Shown in pieces: positions 27,030 through 36,875 of a stretch of 51,269 nt of DNA (its first letter is position 1; every line of letters starts with the position of its first letter). The stretch is taken from NCBI GenBank assembly GCA_013151435.1, contig JAADIH010000108.1, forward strand, positions 1 to 51,269, in the 5' to 3' direction. The DNA comes from Alphaproteobacteria bacterium. GTDB lineage: Bacteria > Pseudomonadota > Alphaproteobacteria > Caulobacterales > Parvularculaceae. A program made the position numbers and the translations under genes. The notes beneath the pieces were generated by a model, which was not told the origin of the DNA, ran no database searches, and worked only from the letters and a program-made list of their open reading frames with translations.

Positions 27030-28769
27030 ATGATAAAAATTATAACTTACCTCACGCCAATTTTTCCATTCCTGCTTGCTTGCAACCCAACTTACCAAAA
27101 CACACCGCAATCCGAAGCGGAGATGGCAGACACTGTTTTGACCAATGGAAAAATCTATACGGTCAATCCGCAACAGCCCTGGGCTGAAGCAATCGCGATT
27201 AAGGATGGCAGATACAGCTTTGTCGGCGCCAGCGCGGATGCCTTGTCATTTGTAGGCAAAGACACCAAGCTTATTGACTTGCAAGGCAAGATGGCGATGC
27301 CGGGAATAAACGACGCGCACACGCATTCCTGGCAGGGCGGTTTCAAGCTTCTCTATGAATGCAATTTTCATTTCACGGCCACACCGGATGAAATCGCCGA
27401 AACCATCAAAGGATGTATTCAGGCAAACCCCGACGCTCAGTGGATTCGGGGCGGTCAGTGGACTAGCGATTTTTTTAAGAATTATGACCTTGGCTCGCCA
27501 AAGAAATGGTTGGATGCTGTATCCGAAGATAAGGCTGTATATTTTCAGGACGACGCCACACATAACGCCTGGGTCAATAGCAAAGCGCTCGAATTGGCGG
27601 GAATAGATAAAGATACGCCCGACCCCAAAGGCGGCGCCTTTGTTCGCGACGAGCACGGAGAGCCCAATGGTTTGGTGCTGGAAACCGCCAAATCAGTGAT
27701 TGAGCAATATCTACCTGAATGGACGCTCGAGCAAAATGTGGCGTCACTGGATGCCGCTGTCAGCCACGCCAATTCGTACGGCATTACTGGCGTCAATGAA
27801 GCGCGCACCCCGCCTGAGATATCGCTTGCATACCAGCAACTTGATAAACAGGGCTTGTTATCGGCCTACGCGATCACCTATCTGCAAACGCCGCGCGGAC
27901 GGCGCGACAAGCCATTCGATATCGGCCCGATGCAAGTAATTAGTGAGAAATATAGCTCCGAACATGTCTATACAAAGTTCGCAAAAATGTTCCTCGATGG
28001 CGTACCGACCGCCTCACGCACTGCTGTCATGATGCAGCCATACTTGACCGACAATGAATTTCCCGAAGTGACGACGGGAAACCTTCTGATTGAACCGGAA
28101 GTGCTATTCCAGGACCTGGTTGAATTGGACCGCGCAGGCTTTACCGTAAAAATTCATACGGCTGGTGATGGAGCGGTGCGTATTGCTCTGGACGCCATCG
28201 AGAAAATGCGCACCGTCAACGGATCGAGTGGGCTTCGCCATCAATTGGCGCATGTTGGGTTTATCGAACCCGATGACTTACCGCGTTTTGCTGAACTGAA
28301 TGTGACGGCAGACCTGTCGCCATATCTCTGGTTTCCGTCACCGCTGATTGAGTCAACCATAGGCGCAGTCGGCGAACGCGCCTTGCGTTACTGGCCAATC
28401 AAAGACCTGCTGGCGTCCAGAACCGATGTGTCGATCGGGTCGGATTGGCCATCTGCCGTTGACACCATGAATCCGTGGCCTGCAATTGAGGCTATGGTCA
28501 CGCGCAAGAACCCGTATTCAGACAGCGAGGAAACGCTTTGGGCGGAGCAGGCAATTACCCTGAAGCAGGCGCTCAAAATTTTTACGCTTGATGGCGCGCG
28601 GGCCTACCGCCTAGAAGATCTGACGGGCTCTATAGAAGTTGGAAAATCGGCCGAACTCATAATTCTGGAACAAAACCCTTTCTCCGTTCGGCCGGAAGAT
28701 ATTTCTGATATTAAGGTGGAAAAGACGTTTTTTGCGGGCGACGTAGTCTATGAGAAATTGACGCCATGA
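27030..28769 (+). CDS. Amidohydrolase_3 family (YtcJ/NfdA-like) metallo-amidohydrolase, probable lipoprotein
   Basis: PGINDAHTH, KMFLDG, IHTAGD, HQLAH and GSDWP motifs. Lipobox LLAC follows the ATG at 27030. Confidence 0.9.
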   Translation: MIKIITYLTPIFPFLLACNPTYQNTPQSEAEMADTVLTNGKIYTVNPQQPWAEAIAIKDGRYSFVGASADALSFVGKDTKLIDLQGKMAMPGINDAHTHSWQGGFKLLYECNFHFTATPDEIAETIKGCIQANPDAQWIRGGQWTSDFFKNYDLGSPKKWLDAVSEDKAVYFQDDATHNAWVNSKALELAGIDKDTPDPKGGAFVRDEHGEPNGLVLETAKSVIEQYLPEWTLEQNVASLDAAVSHANSYGITGVNEARTPPEISLAYQQLDKQGLLSAYAITYLQTPRGRRDKPFDIGPMQVISEKYSSEHVYTKFAKMFLDGVPTASRTAVMMQPYLTDNEFPEVTTGNLLIEPEVLFQDLVELDRAGFTVKIHTAGDGAVRIALDAIEKMRTVNGSSGLRHQLAHVGFIEPDDLPRFAELNVTADLSPYLWFPSPLIESTIGAVGERALRYWPIKDLLASRTDVSIGSDWPSAVDTMNPWPAIEAMVTRKNPYSDSEETLWAEQAITLKQALKIFTLDGARAYRLEDLTGSIEVGKSAELIILEQNPFSVRPEDISDIKVEKTFFAGDVVYEKLTP

Positions 28770-28804
28770 AACACTTGATGCGATGAAAGGCGAATCGGCG
28801 ATGG

Positions 28805-29422
28805 ATGCGCCACAACAATCATGGCCATGCGTGCAACCCCATGAATGATAACCCAAACAAAGTGCTGACTGCGGCAATCGAGGTCTTATCCTGCGACGGA
28901 TATGCCCATTTTAGCATGCGCAATATCGCCAAGAAAGCCGGGGTTCGCTTGGCGACGGTACAGCACTATTTTCCAACAAAAAAAATATTATTGCGCGCAA
29001 CTATTCGGGAAGTTGTCGATGAGTTCGATACCCAGATGGACAACGTTCTCAAACAAACAACCAAAAGTCCCGAACAACGATTTACACAGGTAGCCAAGTT
29101 GCATTTCTCAACCTGCATAGACCCTTCCACCGCAGGGTTCTTCATCGCTTTGTGGGCCCTGAGCGTACACGACCCAGACGCCAAGTCCTTGCTTGATGAA
29201 ACCTACCAGCTCGCCCATGAGCGCTTTTGTCGTACAATCACCGACCTGCATGAGCGCCTGCCAAAAAAGATCATTGCGCAACGCGCATCGTTAATTCTCA
29301 CTCTTTTTGAGGGTGCAAACATCACGATGCGGTCACCAAAAATACTGCGCGTATCTGATCGCAGCTTGAAGAAAGCATTTGTGTCAGCGGCGCTGGCTAT
29401 CGCAAATGGCGATTTCAAGTAG
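28805..29422 (+). CDS. TetR family regulator (BetI-like C-terminus)
   Basis: SMRNIAKKAGVRLATVQHYFPTK HTH. The start may be 28841. Confidence 0.9.
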   Translation: MRHNNHGHACNPMNDNPNKVLTAAIEVLSCDGYAHFSMRNIAKKAGVRLATVQHYFPTKKILLRATIREVVDEFDTQMDNVLKQTTKSPEQRFTQVAKLHFSTCIDPSTAGFFIALWALSVHDPDAKSLLDETYQLAHERFCRTITDLHERLPKKIIAQRASLILTLFEGANITMRSPKILRVSDRSLKKAFVSAALAIANGDFK

Positions 29423-29627
29423 TAATAACTCATACTCTCCAGACGTTCAGTTAACAGACAATATCAACGTGGCGCCTGGCGTTGGCAACGGTTGATGCGC
29501 GCCTCAACACGCTCCGCTTCTACGCGCTCCGTTATTTTCAAATTAATATTTAAGTCATGTTTTTGATAATCGCATATCTTGCATATCATTGTTATTATGA
29601 TGTTTTTTTGCATTTATTTTAGATTTG

Positions 29628-29643
29628 TTGGTCAGATGACCAA
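29628..29643. promoter_or_regulatory. Palindromic operator upstream of the TBDR operon
   Basis: TTGGTCA-GA-TGACCAA, followed by a TTGACT -35-like hexamer at 29651. Confidence 0.65.
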
Positions 29644-29727
29644 ATATTTCTTGACTCCAGCGTGCCGTGCCGCCCAGTGTGGGAAGGCAAAATTTGGGGA
29701 ACCTAACTGGGAGGCAACAGGCACGTC

Positions 29728-32037
29728 ATGGCTCAAGGATTAACGGATTTTAGAAAAAAATGGACGAAACCAATATTAGTTTCGTCTGTTTTCGCATTAT
29801 TTCACGCGGGCTCTGCAGGAGCCCAACCCACTAACGAGGCCGTGTTGGATGTCGTTGTGGTCACCGCGCAGAAACGCGCTGAAAATCAACAAGATGTACC
29901 AATTGCCATCACATCGCTGAATTCAAAAACTATCGAGCGCGCCAATCTTAGCAATGCGACGCAGCTGACACAGCTCATACCTGGCCTGCAAGTTAATGGC
30001 GTTGTGGGCGATGCAACACCAATCTATTCGCTTCGCGGCGTATCGATGTTCGATTTTAGCTTCAACCAATCTAGCCCCGTAGCGCTTTATAAGGACGAAG
30101 TTTATAAAGGAAATTTCGCAATTCAGGGCGTTGAATTGTTTGACCTTGAGCGCGTAGAAGTTCTGCGCGGCCCCCAAGGAACGCTATACGGAAAAAACAC
30201 CACGGGCGGCGCAATAAATCTAATCACAAAAAAGCCCGACTACACTGTATCCGGTCAGCTTCGGGCGGGATATGGAAATTTTAACCGCCGCGAAGTAGAT
30301 GGCGCGGTTCAGTTTCCGGTCATAGAGGATGTGTTAGCGGTGCGCGGGGCGTTCACTTATGCTAAAAGTGATGGCTGGTTTGAAAATGTTTCTCCGGGGC
30401 AACCCGACCTTGAAGGGACTGACCAGTGGGGCGCCAGGCTAAGCGTTCTGTTTGAGCCAAGTGAAGATTTAACATTCAATCTTATCGCTTCAAAAAGCCA
30501 ACAAGACCCAGTGAATTATGGCATCCTGGGCAGGCCAGGACCGCTCGGCGTTGGCGCCGGCGTGTTCGCCGATTTCAACGCGATAGACCCAGTGGCAAAC
30601 CCACAGACCGATTATTTTCGGACCGGGCTAGCGGATAATCAAATTGAAGACCCTAATCCGGGAAGGCGAAAGCAAACAACAAACGCCGTGTCGCTGACCG
30701 CAAATTTGGACATCTCGCCTTCGCTTAGCGTCACGTCGATCACCTCCTATGATCAGGGCGAGCTTTTTGTTCCAGAAAACACGGACGGCGCGCCGATCCA
30801 AGTCATTGAGATTGATTACAGGGGTGAGACGACCCAATTCACGCAGGACCTTCGTCTTGCGACTAATTTTGACGGTCCTTTCAATTTCATTGTCGGCGCA
30901 TACTATCAATACGAGGACGTATTCAACGACACAGAGCTTCGCTTTTTCAATGGAATTGATGTCAATACCGATGGAACCATCGATGCTAGCGACTGCGTAG
31001 ACGGTGGATTTTTTCTCTCATGCCGCTACGGCAATAGTTTCGACCAAACAAGAAACAGCACAGCCCTGTATGGTGATGGGAGTTTCGAAATTAGCCCGCT
31101 CCTTAAGCTACGTGGCGGCATTCGTGTGACCCGTGAAAAGGCCGACCTCGACAACTTTGTCGCCCAGGTGCGCTCGGCTACAGGCGCGCCTATCGCAAAC
31201 ACAATTCCGGGTGATCCAACCAATCTAAACGCAACGTTCAGCAACTCACTTGATGACACGGCTGTGACAGGCAAAGTCGGCGTTGATTTTACGCCAGCTG
31301 ATGATTTGCTTTTTTATGCGAGTTATAGCCAAGGCTTTCGGGCGGGCGCTTTTAATGCACAGGCGTTTTTCTCAATTGATGAAGCGACGACCGTTGACCC
31401 GGAAACGATTGACGCGTTTGAGGTTGGATTTAAAACACAGCTCCTCGGGCGGCGTTTGCAGTTAAATGGCGCTGCATTCTCGTACAAATATGACAACCAG
31501 CAAATCATAAATGTAAACCCGTCAAATTCTGCGCAACAGCTTATCAATGTTGACAAGTCTACCATTAATGGTGCTGAGCTGGAGCTGGCGGCGCGGCCCT
31601 TCAATAATCTGACATTCACATCATCTCTATCATATTTGGATGCCGAGTTTGATGAAGCCATCATAAGCGGGGCGGACGTTTCTGGTAATACGCTGCCAAA
31701 TGCACCCAAAATTTCTGGCAACGTCACTGTGGATTGGAGATTTATTGACAAGCCATCTTTTGGGGCGGTCTTGCATCTTGATGGAAGCTTCCAGTCAAGG
31801 CAGTTCTTTGAGCCATTCAATGTCGAGCGAATAGAGCAGTCAGCCTACGGCATACTAAATGGAAATGTAACATTTGAAGTTATTCCAGAAGCCTTAGAAA
31901 TGTCGTTCTGGGCCAAAAACATCACTGATGAATTTTACATCACGAACGCTATTGATGTGGTAGATGGCTTTGGGCTCGACTATATCCATAGAGGAGCCCC
32001 TCGCAGCTACGGCTTCAACATCACATACCGATACTAA
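29728..32037 (+). CDS. TonB-dependent receptor
   Basis: VVVTAQKR TonB box, RVEVLRGPQGTLYGKNTTGGAIN plug, terminal YGFNITYRY, and GGAGG RBS. Confidence 0.95.
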   Translation: MAQGLTDFRKKWTKPILVSSVFALFHAGSAGAQPTNEAVLDVVVVTAQKRAENQQDVPIAITSLNSKTIERANLSNATQLTQLIPGLQVNGVVGDATPIYSLRGVSMFDFSFNQSSPVALYKDEVYKGNFAIQGVELFDLERVEVLRGPQGTLYGKNTTGGAINLITKKPDYTVSGQLRAGYGNFNRREVDGAVQFPVIEDVLAVRGAFTYAKSDGWFENVSPGQPDLEGTDQWGARLSVLFEPSEDLTFNLIASKSQQDPVNYGILGRPGPLGVGAGVFADFNAIDPVANPQTDYFRTGLADNQIEDPNPGRRKQTTNAVSLTANLDISPSLSVTSITSYDQGELFVPENTDGAPIQVIEIDYRGETTQFTQDLRLATNFDGPFNFIVGAYYQYEDVFNDTELRFFNGIDVNTDGTIDASDCVDGGFFLSCRYGNSFDQTRNSTALYGDGSFEISPLLKLRGGIRVTREKADLDNFVAQVRSATGAPIANTIPGDPTNLNATFSNSLDDTAVTGKVGVDFTPADDLLFYASYSQGFRAGAFNAQAFFSIDEATTVDPETIDAFEVGFKTQLLGRRLQLNGAAFSYKYDNQQIINVNPSNSAQQLINVDKSTINGAELELAARPFNNLTFTSSLSYLDAEFDEAIISGADVSGNTLPNAPKISGNVTVDWRFIDKPSFGAVLHLDGSFQSRQFFEPFNVERIEQSAYGILNGNVTFEVIPEALEMSFWAKNITDEFYITNAIDVVDGFGLDYIHRGAPRSYGFNITYRY

Positions 32038-32044
32038 GCTTCTA

Positions 32045-32079
32045 AGACACCGCCTGAAAACAAACTTCAGGCGGTGTCT
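32045..32079 (+). terminator. Strong intercistronic stem-loop (attenuator or mRNA stabiliser)
   Basis: AGACACCGCCTGAA-7nt-TTCAGGCGGTGTCT, a 14-bp perfect stem with no clear U-tract. Confidence 0.6.
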
Positions 32080-32161
32080 GCCTTATGCGACCCTGGTCAG
32101 CACGTCATGAACCACTGGCAGTTTTAAAAAACAATATCGCCGCGAAGTGAGGCTTATAAAT

Positions 32162-33535
32162 ATGATCGACTTGGCTGAACCAAAAAATTGGCAGGACATA
32201 GACACTGCCCATTATTTGCATCCCTTTACGGACTATAAGGCATTACACGACCAACAGTCCTTGCGTCTTATTGAAAAGGGATCCGGGTGTTATCTATGGG
32301 ATCACCAGGGGCGTCGCTATCTTGATGCTTTCGCTGGGCTGGCGTGTGTGGCGATTGGTTATGGTCGCGAGGAGCTTTCTCGCGCAGCTGCCGATCAGAT
32401 TTTGGAACTGTCCTATGCGTCAAGCTTCTTCAATGGAACAAATATACCGGCCGTAAAGCTCGCGCAAAAGCTTGTAGAAATAACGCCCGATGGCCTCAGC
32501 CACGTTTTTTTCGCAACATCAGGATCGGAGGCAAATGATACTGCATTAAGGATAGCTCGACGTTATTGGCAATTAGAAGGGCAGCCGCAACGTCAGAACG
32601 TAATCTGTTGCGACCACGCCTACCATGGCAGCACCGTCGCGTCAGGCGCCTTGTCCGGCATGCCATATATGCATGAGCAAGCCGCATCGATACCCGGTGT
32701 TTCCCACATTAAAGCTCCGTACAAGTTCGAATACGGACAAGAGATGGAAGAAGAAGAATTCGGTCAGCTTGCTGCAAGTTGGTTGGAAGATGAGATTTTA
32801 CGTCTAGGGGCCGATACTGTCGCTGCATTTTTCATTGAGCCAATCCAAGGCGCGGGCGGCGGGAAAATTCCGCCGAAGAACTATCTTCAAGAGGTGAGAA
32901 AAATATGTGATCGCCACGATGTGCTCTTGGTCGCAGACGAAGTCATAACTGGGTTTGGCCGCACGGGACATTGGTTTGCAAGCGACAAGTTCGGATCAAT
33001 TTCACCGGACTTGATGTGCCTGGCGAAGGGAATAACATCCGGGTACATGCCGCTCTCTGCAGTTATGATCCAAGAGAAGATAGCAAACACCCTAATCGAT
33101 AAAGGCGGCGAATTCCATCACGGTTTCACCTATTCTGGCCACCCGGTCGCTTGCGCGGTTGCGTTGGAAAACATTCGTATCCTCAGTGATGGTGTGATTG
33201 ATAATGTAAGGACGGACTTGGCGCCATATTTTGCTCGAAAACTGCAGGCCATAAAAGAGCATAACAGAGTTGGCGAAGTGCGTAGCTGCGGACTAATCGG
33301 GGCGTTTGAGCTGGTCGAAAATCGTAAAGACCTCTCGCCCATAGCCAATGCTAACCAAGTGTGTGAACATTTTCGCACCCTAGGGTTCGAGCGCGGCATT
33401 ATTGTCAGGCCAATTGGTTCAACGGTTGTCATCGCCCCTCCCCTAATCATCAATATCGAACAGATAGATTTTCTTTTCGAGCAGATCGAGCAATGTCTCG
33501 AGCAATTTTCAGCCTATTTGGAATTAGTAGCTTGA
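32162..33535 (+). CDS. Class III PLP omega-aminotransferase (SpuC-like)
   Basis: SGSEAND, YHGST, DEVITGFGRTG, AKGITSGY and HGFTYSGHP motifs. Confidence 0.93.
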   Translation: MIDLAEPKNWQDIDTAHYLHPFTDYKALHDQQSLRLIEKGSGCYLWDHQGRRYLDAFAGLACVAIGYGREELSRAAADQILELSYASSFFNGTNIPAVKLAQKLVEITPDGLSHVFFATSGSEANDTALRIARRYWQLEGQPQRQNVICCDHAYHGSTVASGALSGMPYMHEQAASIPGVSHIKAPYKFEYGQEMEEEEFGQLAASWLEDEILRLGADTVAAFFIEPIQGAGGGKIPPKNYLQEVRKICDRHDVLLVADEVITGFGRTGHWFASDKFGSISPDLMCLAKGITSGYMPLSAVMIQEKIANTLIDKGGEFHHGFTYSGHPVACAVALENIRILSDGVIDNVRTDLAPYFARKLQAIKEHNRVGEVRSCGLIGAFELVENRKDLSPIANANQVCEHFRTLGFERGIIVRPIGSTVVIAPPLIINIEQIDFLFEQIEQCLEQFSAYLELVA

Positions 33536-33582
33536 GCATTGTAGAATTCATGATCTCAGTAGTCGGCGGGTAAGCGGTTTTT

Positions 33583-34740
33583 ATGGATAGACCTAAAGCG
33601 CACAACGAATCGTTTGTCGGCGTTGCTATCTATATGAGCGTTGTTGGCCCTGCTGTGTTTATTGTACAGCCCGGTCTGGTTCAGGCCTTTGTTACTTATT
33701 TGGGGTTTAGCGAACAACAAGCCGGAGCGGTCGCTGCAATTGAAATGTGGGGAATCGCATTGACAACCATTGTCATGACTGCCTTAGCGGGGCGCATCAA
33801 CTATCATTTCATTTTTCGCGCTGCCCTAGTCATAATGATCATCGGCAATCTTTTATCATCCATCTTTCACAGCTTTGAAGCTTTCTCTCTCGCCCGTTTA
33901 GCCGTTGGTATCGGGTCGGGTGCGCTTATTTCATTAGGGTTTATCATTATCGGAAAAACATCCAATCCAGACAGAAATTTCGGTCATCTTGTTATGTGGG
34001 TGTTGCTGTTTGGCGCCGTGACGCTTGCGCTGATGCCGACAATTTTGAGCACCTTTGGCGTTAACGGAATGCTTTGGATATTTACCTTTATGTATTTGGC
34101 AGCGCTCCCATTGGTGCGACGCTTACCTCAGTCCATATCTCAGTCAGCCTTGGCCAATACAACGGTTGAGCTTCGCCTATCCGGCCTCAGCAAAAGCCTG
34201 TCTATTATTGGTGTACTGATATTTTTTACCGGCGTCGGCGTCATATGGACTTATTTGGCTCTGATTGGGTCGCAAACGGGAGCCTCAGAACAGAGCGTTG
34301 CTTTCGCTCTGACCGGGTCTCAAATCATTGGCGCCGGCGGCGCCCTGTCTGCTGCAATAATCGGAAACCGCTTCGGCCGTTTTAAGCCAACCTTGATGGT
34401 CTTGATCCTTTGCGTTGTTTCGCTTGCTACTTTGTTCGGCCACCCGAGTTTCGCTTTATACATTATCGCCGTGTGTTTGTTCAATTTTTCCTATAACTTC
34501 TTTCATCCATTTTCTTATGCCTTGCTTGCACTTTTCGATTCCTCGGCAGAAATCATAAAATTTGCAGTCGCTGCACAAATGCTGGGATTAGCAATCGGAC
34601 CGTCCATTGCAGCAATGGTAGTAAGCTCCACTGGATATAATAATGTGGTTTTAGTGAGTGTCGCCATGTTCGCTCTGACATTGTTCGCTTTTTGCCTGCC
34701 GATCTTTCAACTCGCCGACAAACGCCAGCCCGCCATATAA
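33583..34740 (+). CDS. MFS transporter
   Basis: About 12 TM helices and an IIGNRFGRF loop motif. Confidence 0.85.
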   Translation: MDRPKAHNESFVGVAIYMSVVGPAVFIVQPGLVQAFVTYLGFSEQQAGAVAAIEMWGIALTTIVMTALAGRINYHFIFRAALVIMIIGNLLSSIFHSFEAFSLARLAVGIGSGALISLGFIIIGKTSNPDRNFGHLVMWVLLFGAVTLALMPTILSTFGVNGMLWIFTFMYLAALPLVRRLPQSISQSALANTTVELRLSGLSKSLSIIGVLIFFTGVGVIWTYLALIGSQTGASEQSVAFALTGSQIIGAGGALSAAIIGNRFGRFKPTLMVLILCVVSLATLFGHPSFALYIIAVCLFNFSYNFFHPFSYALLALFDSSAEIIKFAVAAQMLGLAIGPSIAAMVVSSTGYNNVVLVSVAMFALTLFAFCLPIFQLADKRQPAI

Positions 34741-34769
34741 CAAAAGCTAACCTGAGAGATAAGTAGATT

Positions 34770-36167
34770 ATGGAATTTGAATGCACCAACCCCGTTACGG
34801 GCGCAGTTGCAAGCCGCGCGCGCGCCATGACGACCTCTGATGTTTCATCTATTTCAGCGAGAGCAGCGGCAGGTTTCCCAGCTTGGGCGGCAACCGGCCC
34901 TAATGCTCGCCGTGCAATCTTGATGAAAGCCTCGCAGGCGCTTGAGGCGAGACAGGATGCGTTTATCAAAGCCATGGTTGATGAAATTGGCGCAACCCCG
35001 GGCTGGGCTATGTTCAATTTACAACTCGCGGCCAGCATGGTGCGAGAAGCGGCGTCCCTTACCACTCACATTCAAGGCGAAGTCATTCCCTCCGACAAAC
35101 CCGGATGTATTGCAATGACATTTCGGGAGCCTGTTGGCGTAATTTTAGCTATTGCACCGTGGAATGCGCCAATAATTTTGGGCGTTCGCGCCATTGCGAC
35201 AGCTTTGGCCTGCGGAAACTGCGTTATCTTGAAAGCTTCCGAGGCATGCCCGCGCACTCATGAACTTATCGTTGAAGCGTTCCAAGAGGCAGGTTTCCCA
35301 GACGGTGTCGTGAACATAGTGACAAACGCGCCAGATGATGCGTCAGAAATCGTCGGCGCCTTGATTGATAATCCAGCGATAAAGCGCATCAACTTTACCG
35401 GCTCAACGCAAGTGGGGAAGATCATTGCCAAAAGAGCGGCGAGCCATTTGAAGCCCTGCCTATTGGAACTGGGAGGTAAGGCGCCGCTGATTGTACTAGA
35501 CGACGCCAACATAGAAGAAGCGGTGAAGGCGGCCGCGTTCGGCGCTTTCATGAATTCCGGTCAAATTTGTATGTCTACAGAACGGATTATTGTTACCGAC
35601 GCCATTGCCGACGAATTTACCACGAAGTTTACTAAAAAAATCGAGCCCCTTATTGCTGGCGATCCAAGCCAGGGCGAGGCTCAACTAGGCGCTGTTTTTA
35701 ACAAGAAAACCGTTTCCCATGTAAACTTGCTGATCGATGATGCATTAGAAAAAGGCGGGACCCTTCTTGTCGGTGAACGCAGCAATAGCGTGATCATGCC
35801 TGCAGTCGTCATCGACAACGTAACGAGCGCCATGAAGCTCTACAGTGAGGAAAGTTTTGGCCCAGTTGTAGGCATTATCCGGGCAAAGGATGTTGCCGAT
35901 GCAATACGTCTCGCAAATGACACAGAATATGGCCTTTCAGCATCAATTTTTACGCGTGATGTGGCGCACGGTTTGACTTTAGCACGCCAGATAAAGTCCG
36001 GCATGTGTCACATCAACGGCGCCACTGTGCATGACGAGGCGCAAATGCCATTTGGCGGTGTTGGTGCGTCAGGCTATGGCCGCTTCGGCGGCAAACCAGG
36101 AATAGACAGCTTCACAGAACTCCGCTGGATCACGATTGACACCCAGGACGGTCACTATCCGATCTGA
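34770..36167 (+). CDS. Aldehyde dehydrogenase, vanillin/salicylaldehyde dehydrogenase-like
   Basis: APWNAP, FTGST, LELGGKAP, GQICMSTER and EESFGP motifs. The C-terminus WITIDTQDGHYPI is typical of aromatic ALDHs. Confidence 0.9.
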   Translation: MEFECTNPVTGAVASRARAMTTSDVSSISARAAAGFPAWAATGPNARRAILMKASQALEARQDAFIKAMVDEIGATPGWAMFNLQLAASMVREAASLTTHIQGEVIPSDKPGCIAMTFREPVGVILAIAPWNAPIILGVRAIATALACGNCVILKASEACPRTHELIVEAFQEAGFPDGVVNIVTNAPDDASEIVGALIDNPAIKRINFTGSTQVGKIIAKRAASHLKPCLLELGGKAPLIVLDDANIEEAVKAAAFGAFMNSGQICMSTERIIVTDAIADEFTTKFTKKIEPLIAGDPSQGEAQLGAVFNKKTVSHVNLLIDDALEKGGTLLVGERSNSVIMPAVVIDNVTSAMKLYSEESFGPVVGIIRAKDVADAIRLANDTEYGLSASIFTRDVAHGLTLARQIKSGMCHINGATVHDEAQMPFGGVGASGYGRFGGKPGIDSFTELRWITIDTQDGHYPI

Positions 36168-36214
36168 TTCGCCCTGCCTCAATGTAGGCAATTCGGGGAG
36201 CGGAGAATTGACAC

Positions 36215-36620
36215 CGTTATTTTTTCCGGTGCAAGAAAATGAACGGCTCGAAGTGGCGACAAAGCGCGATCTTCGTCATCTAGTTTTGGATAATACTCGA
36301 CCCATAAATCCATAAGCTTATCCAGATCGATCAATTCCATGTGACCCCGGCCCTTTTGCATCTGACGATCAGCTCTTTTGTGAAGCCGCCAGAAGAAACA
36401 AACCAATTTCGCGCGCCGGATTGATGTTTCCCTGAAGGCTTGCAATTTCAGCGTTTGTGGCTTTGTCCTGGCGATGCTTTATCTGCACGCGGATATGCGG
36501 TGTCTTGGCGCAAGAGTTCGAAATAGGCGAGAATATTGCTGTTGCCCGTTTAAGGGCCGTAACGGCGCTCGGGTACCGAACTAGGACTCGCATTAATTCC
36601 GCTTGGGACTCACTCCGAAA
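36215..36620 (-). pseudogene. Degraded Mrr-like restriction endonuclease C-terminal remnant
   Basis: IRVQIKHRQDK...EIGLF, (V)SSGGFTKE and ELIDLDKLMDLWVEYYPKL...PLRAVHFLAP are spread over different frames. Boundaries are approximate. Confidence 0.7.
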
Positions 36621-36750
36621 TACCCGCAAAAGTACCTGCAAATGTGCAGGTATCTGCTGGATTCGGGTGGACGGCCCTGAACGGGCCACTCGCCCAAACT
36701 GCTGAAATTATTGTAGTTTTAGACGCCTAAAAATGTCAATGGATAGCCAA

Positions 36751-36772
36751 TGGTGCCAGGAGAGGCGTCGAA
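36751..36772 (-). repeat. Distal att site (degenerate duplicate of the tRNA-Leu 3' end)
   Basis: TGGTGCC-AGGAGAGGCGTCGAA versus TGGTGCCCAGGAGAAGACTCGAA (48262-48284): 19/23 identical with one gap. Confidence 0.75.
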
Positions 36773-36826
36773 TTGCCGCGCTATACTATTGAATTAATTT
36801 AAAGAACTGACTTTGATTTTGGTTAG

Positions 36827-36846
36827 TACCAACAATAGTACCAACA
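36827..36846 (+). repeat. Integrase arm-type binding repeats (distal end)
   Basis: TACCAACA at 36827 and 36839, 12 bp apart. Confidence 0.7.
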
Positions 36847-36875
36847 AAATTACATCCTATTGATATTTATCGGAA

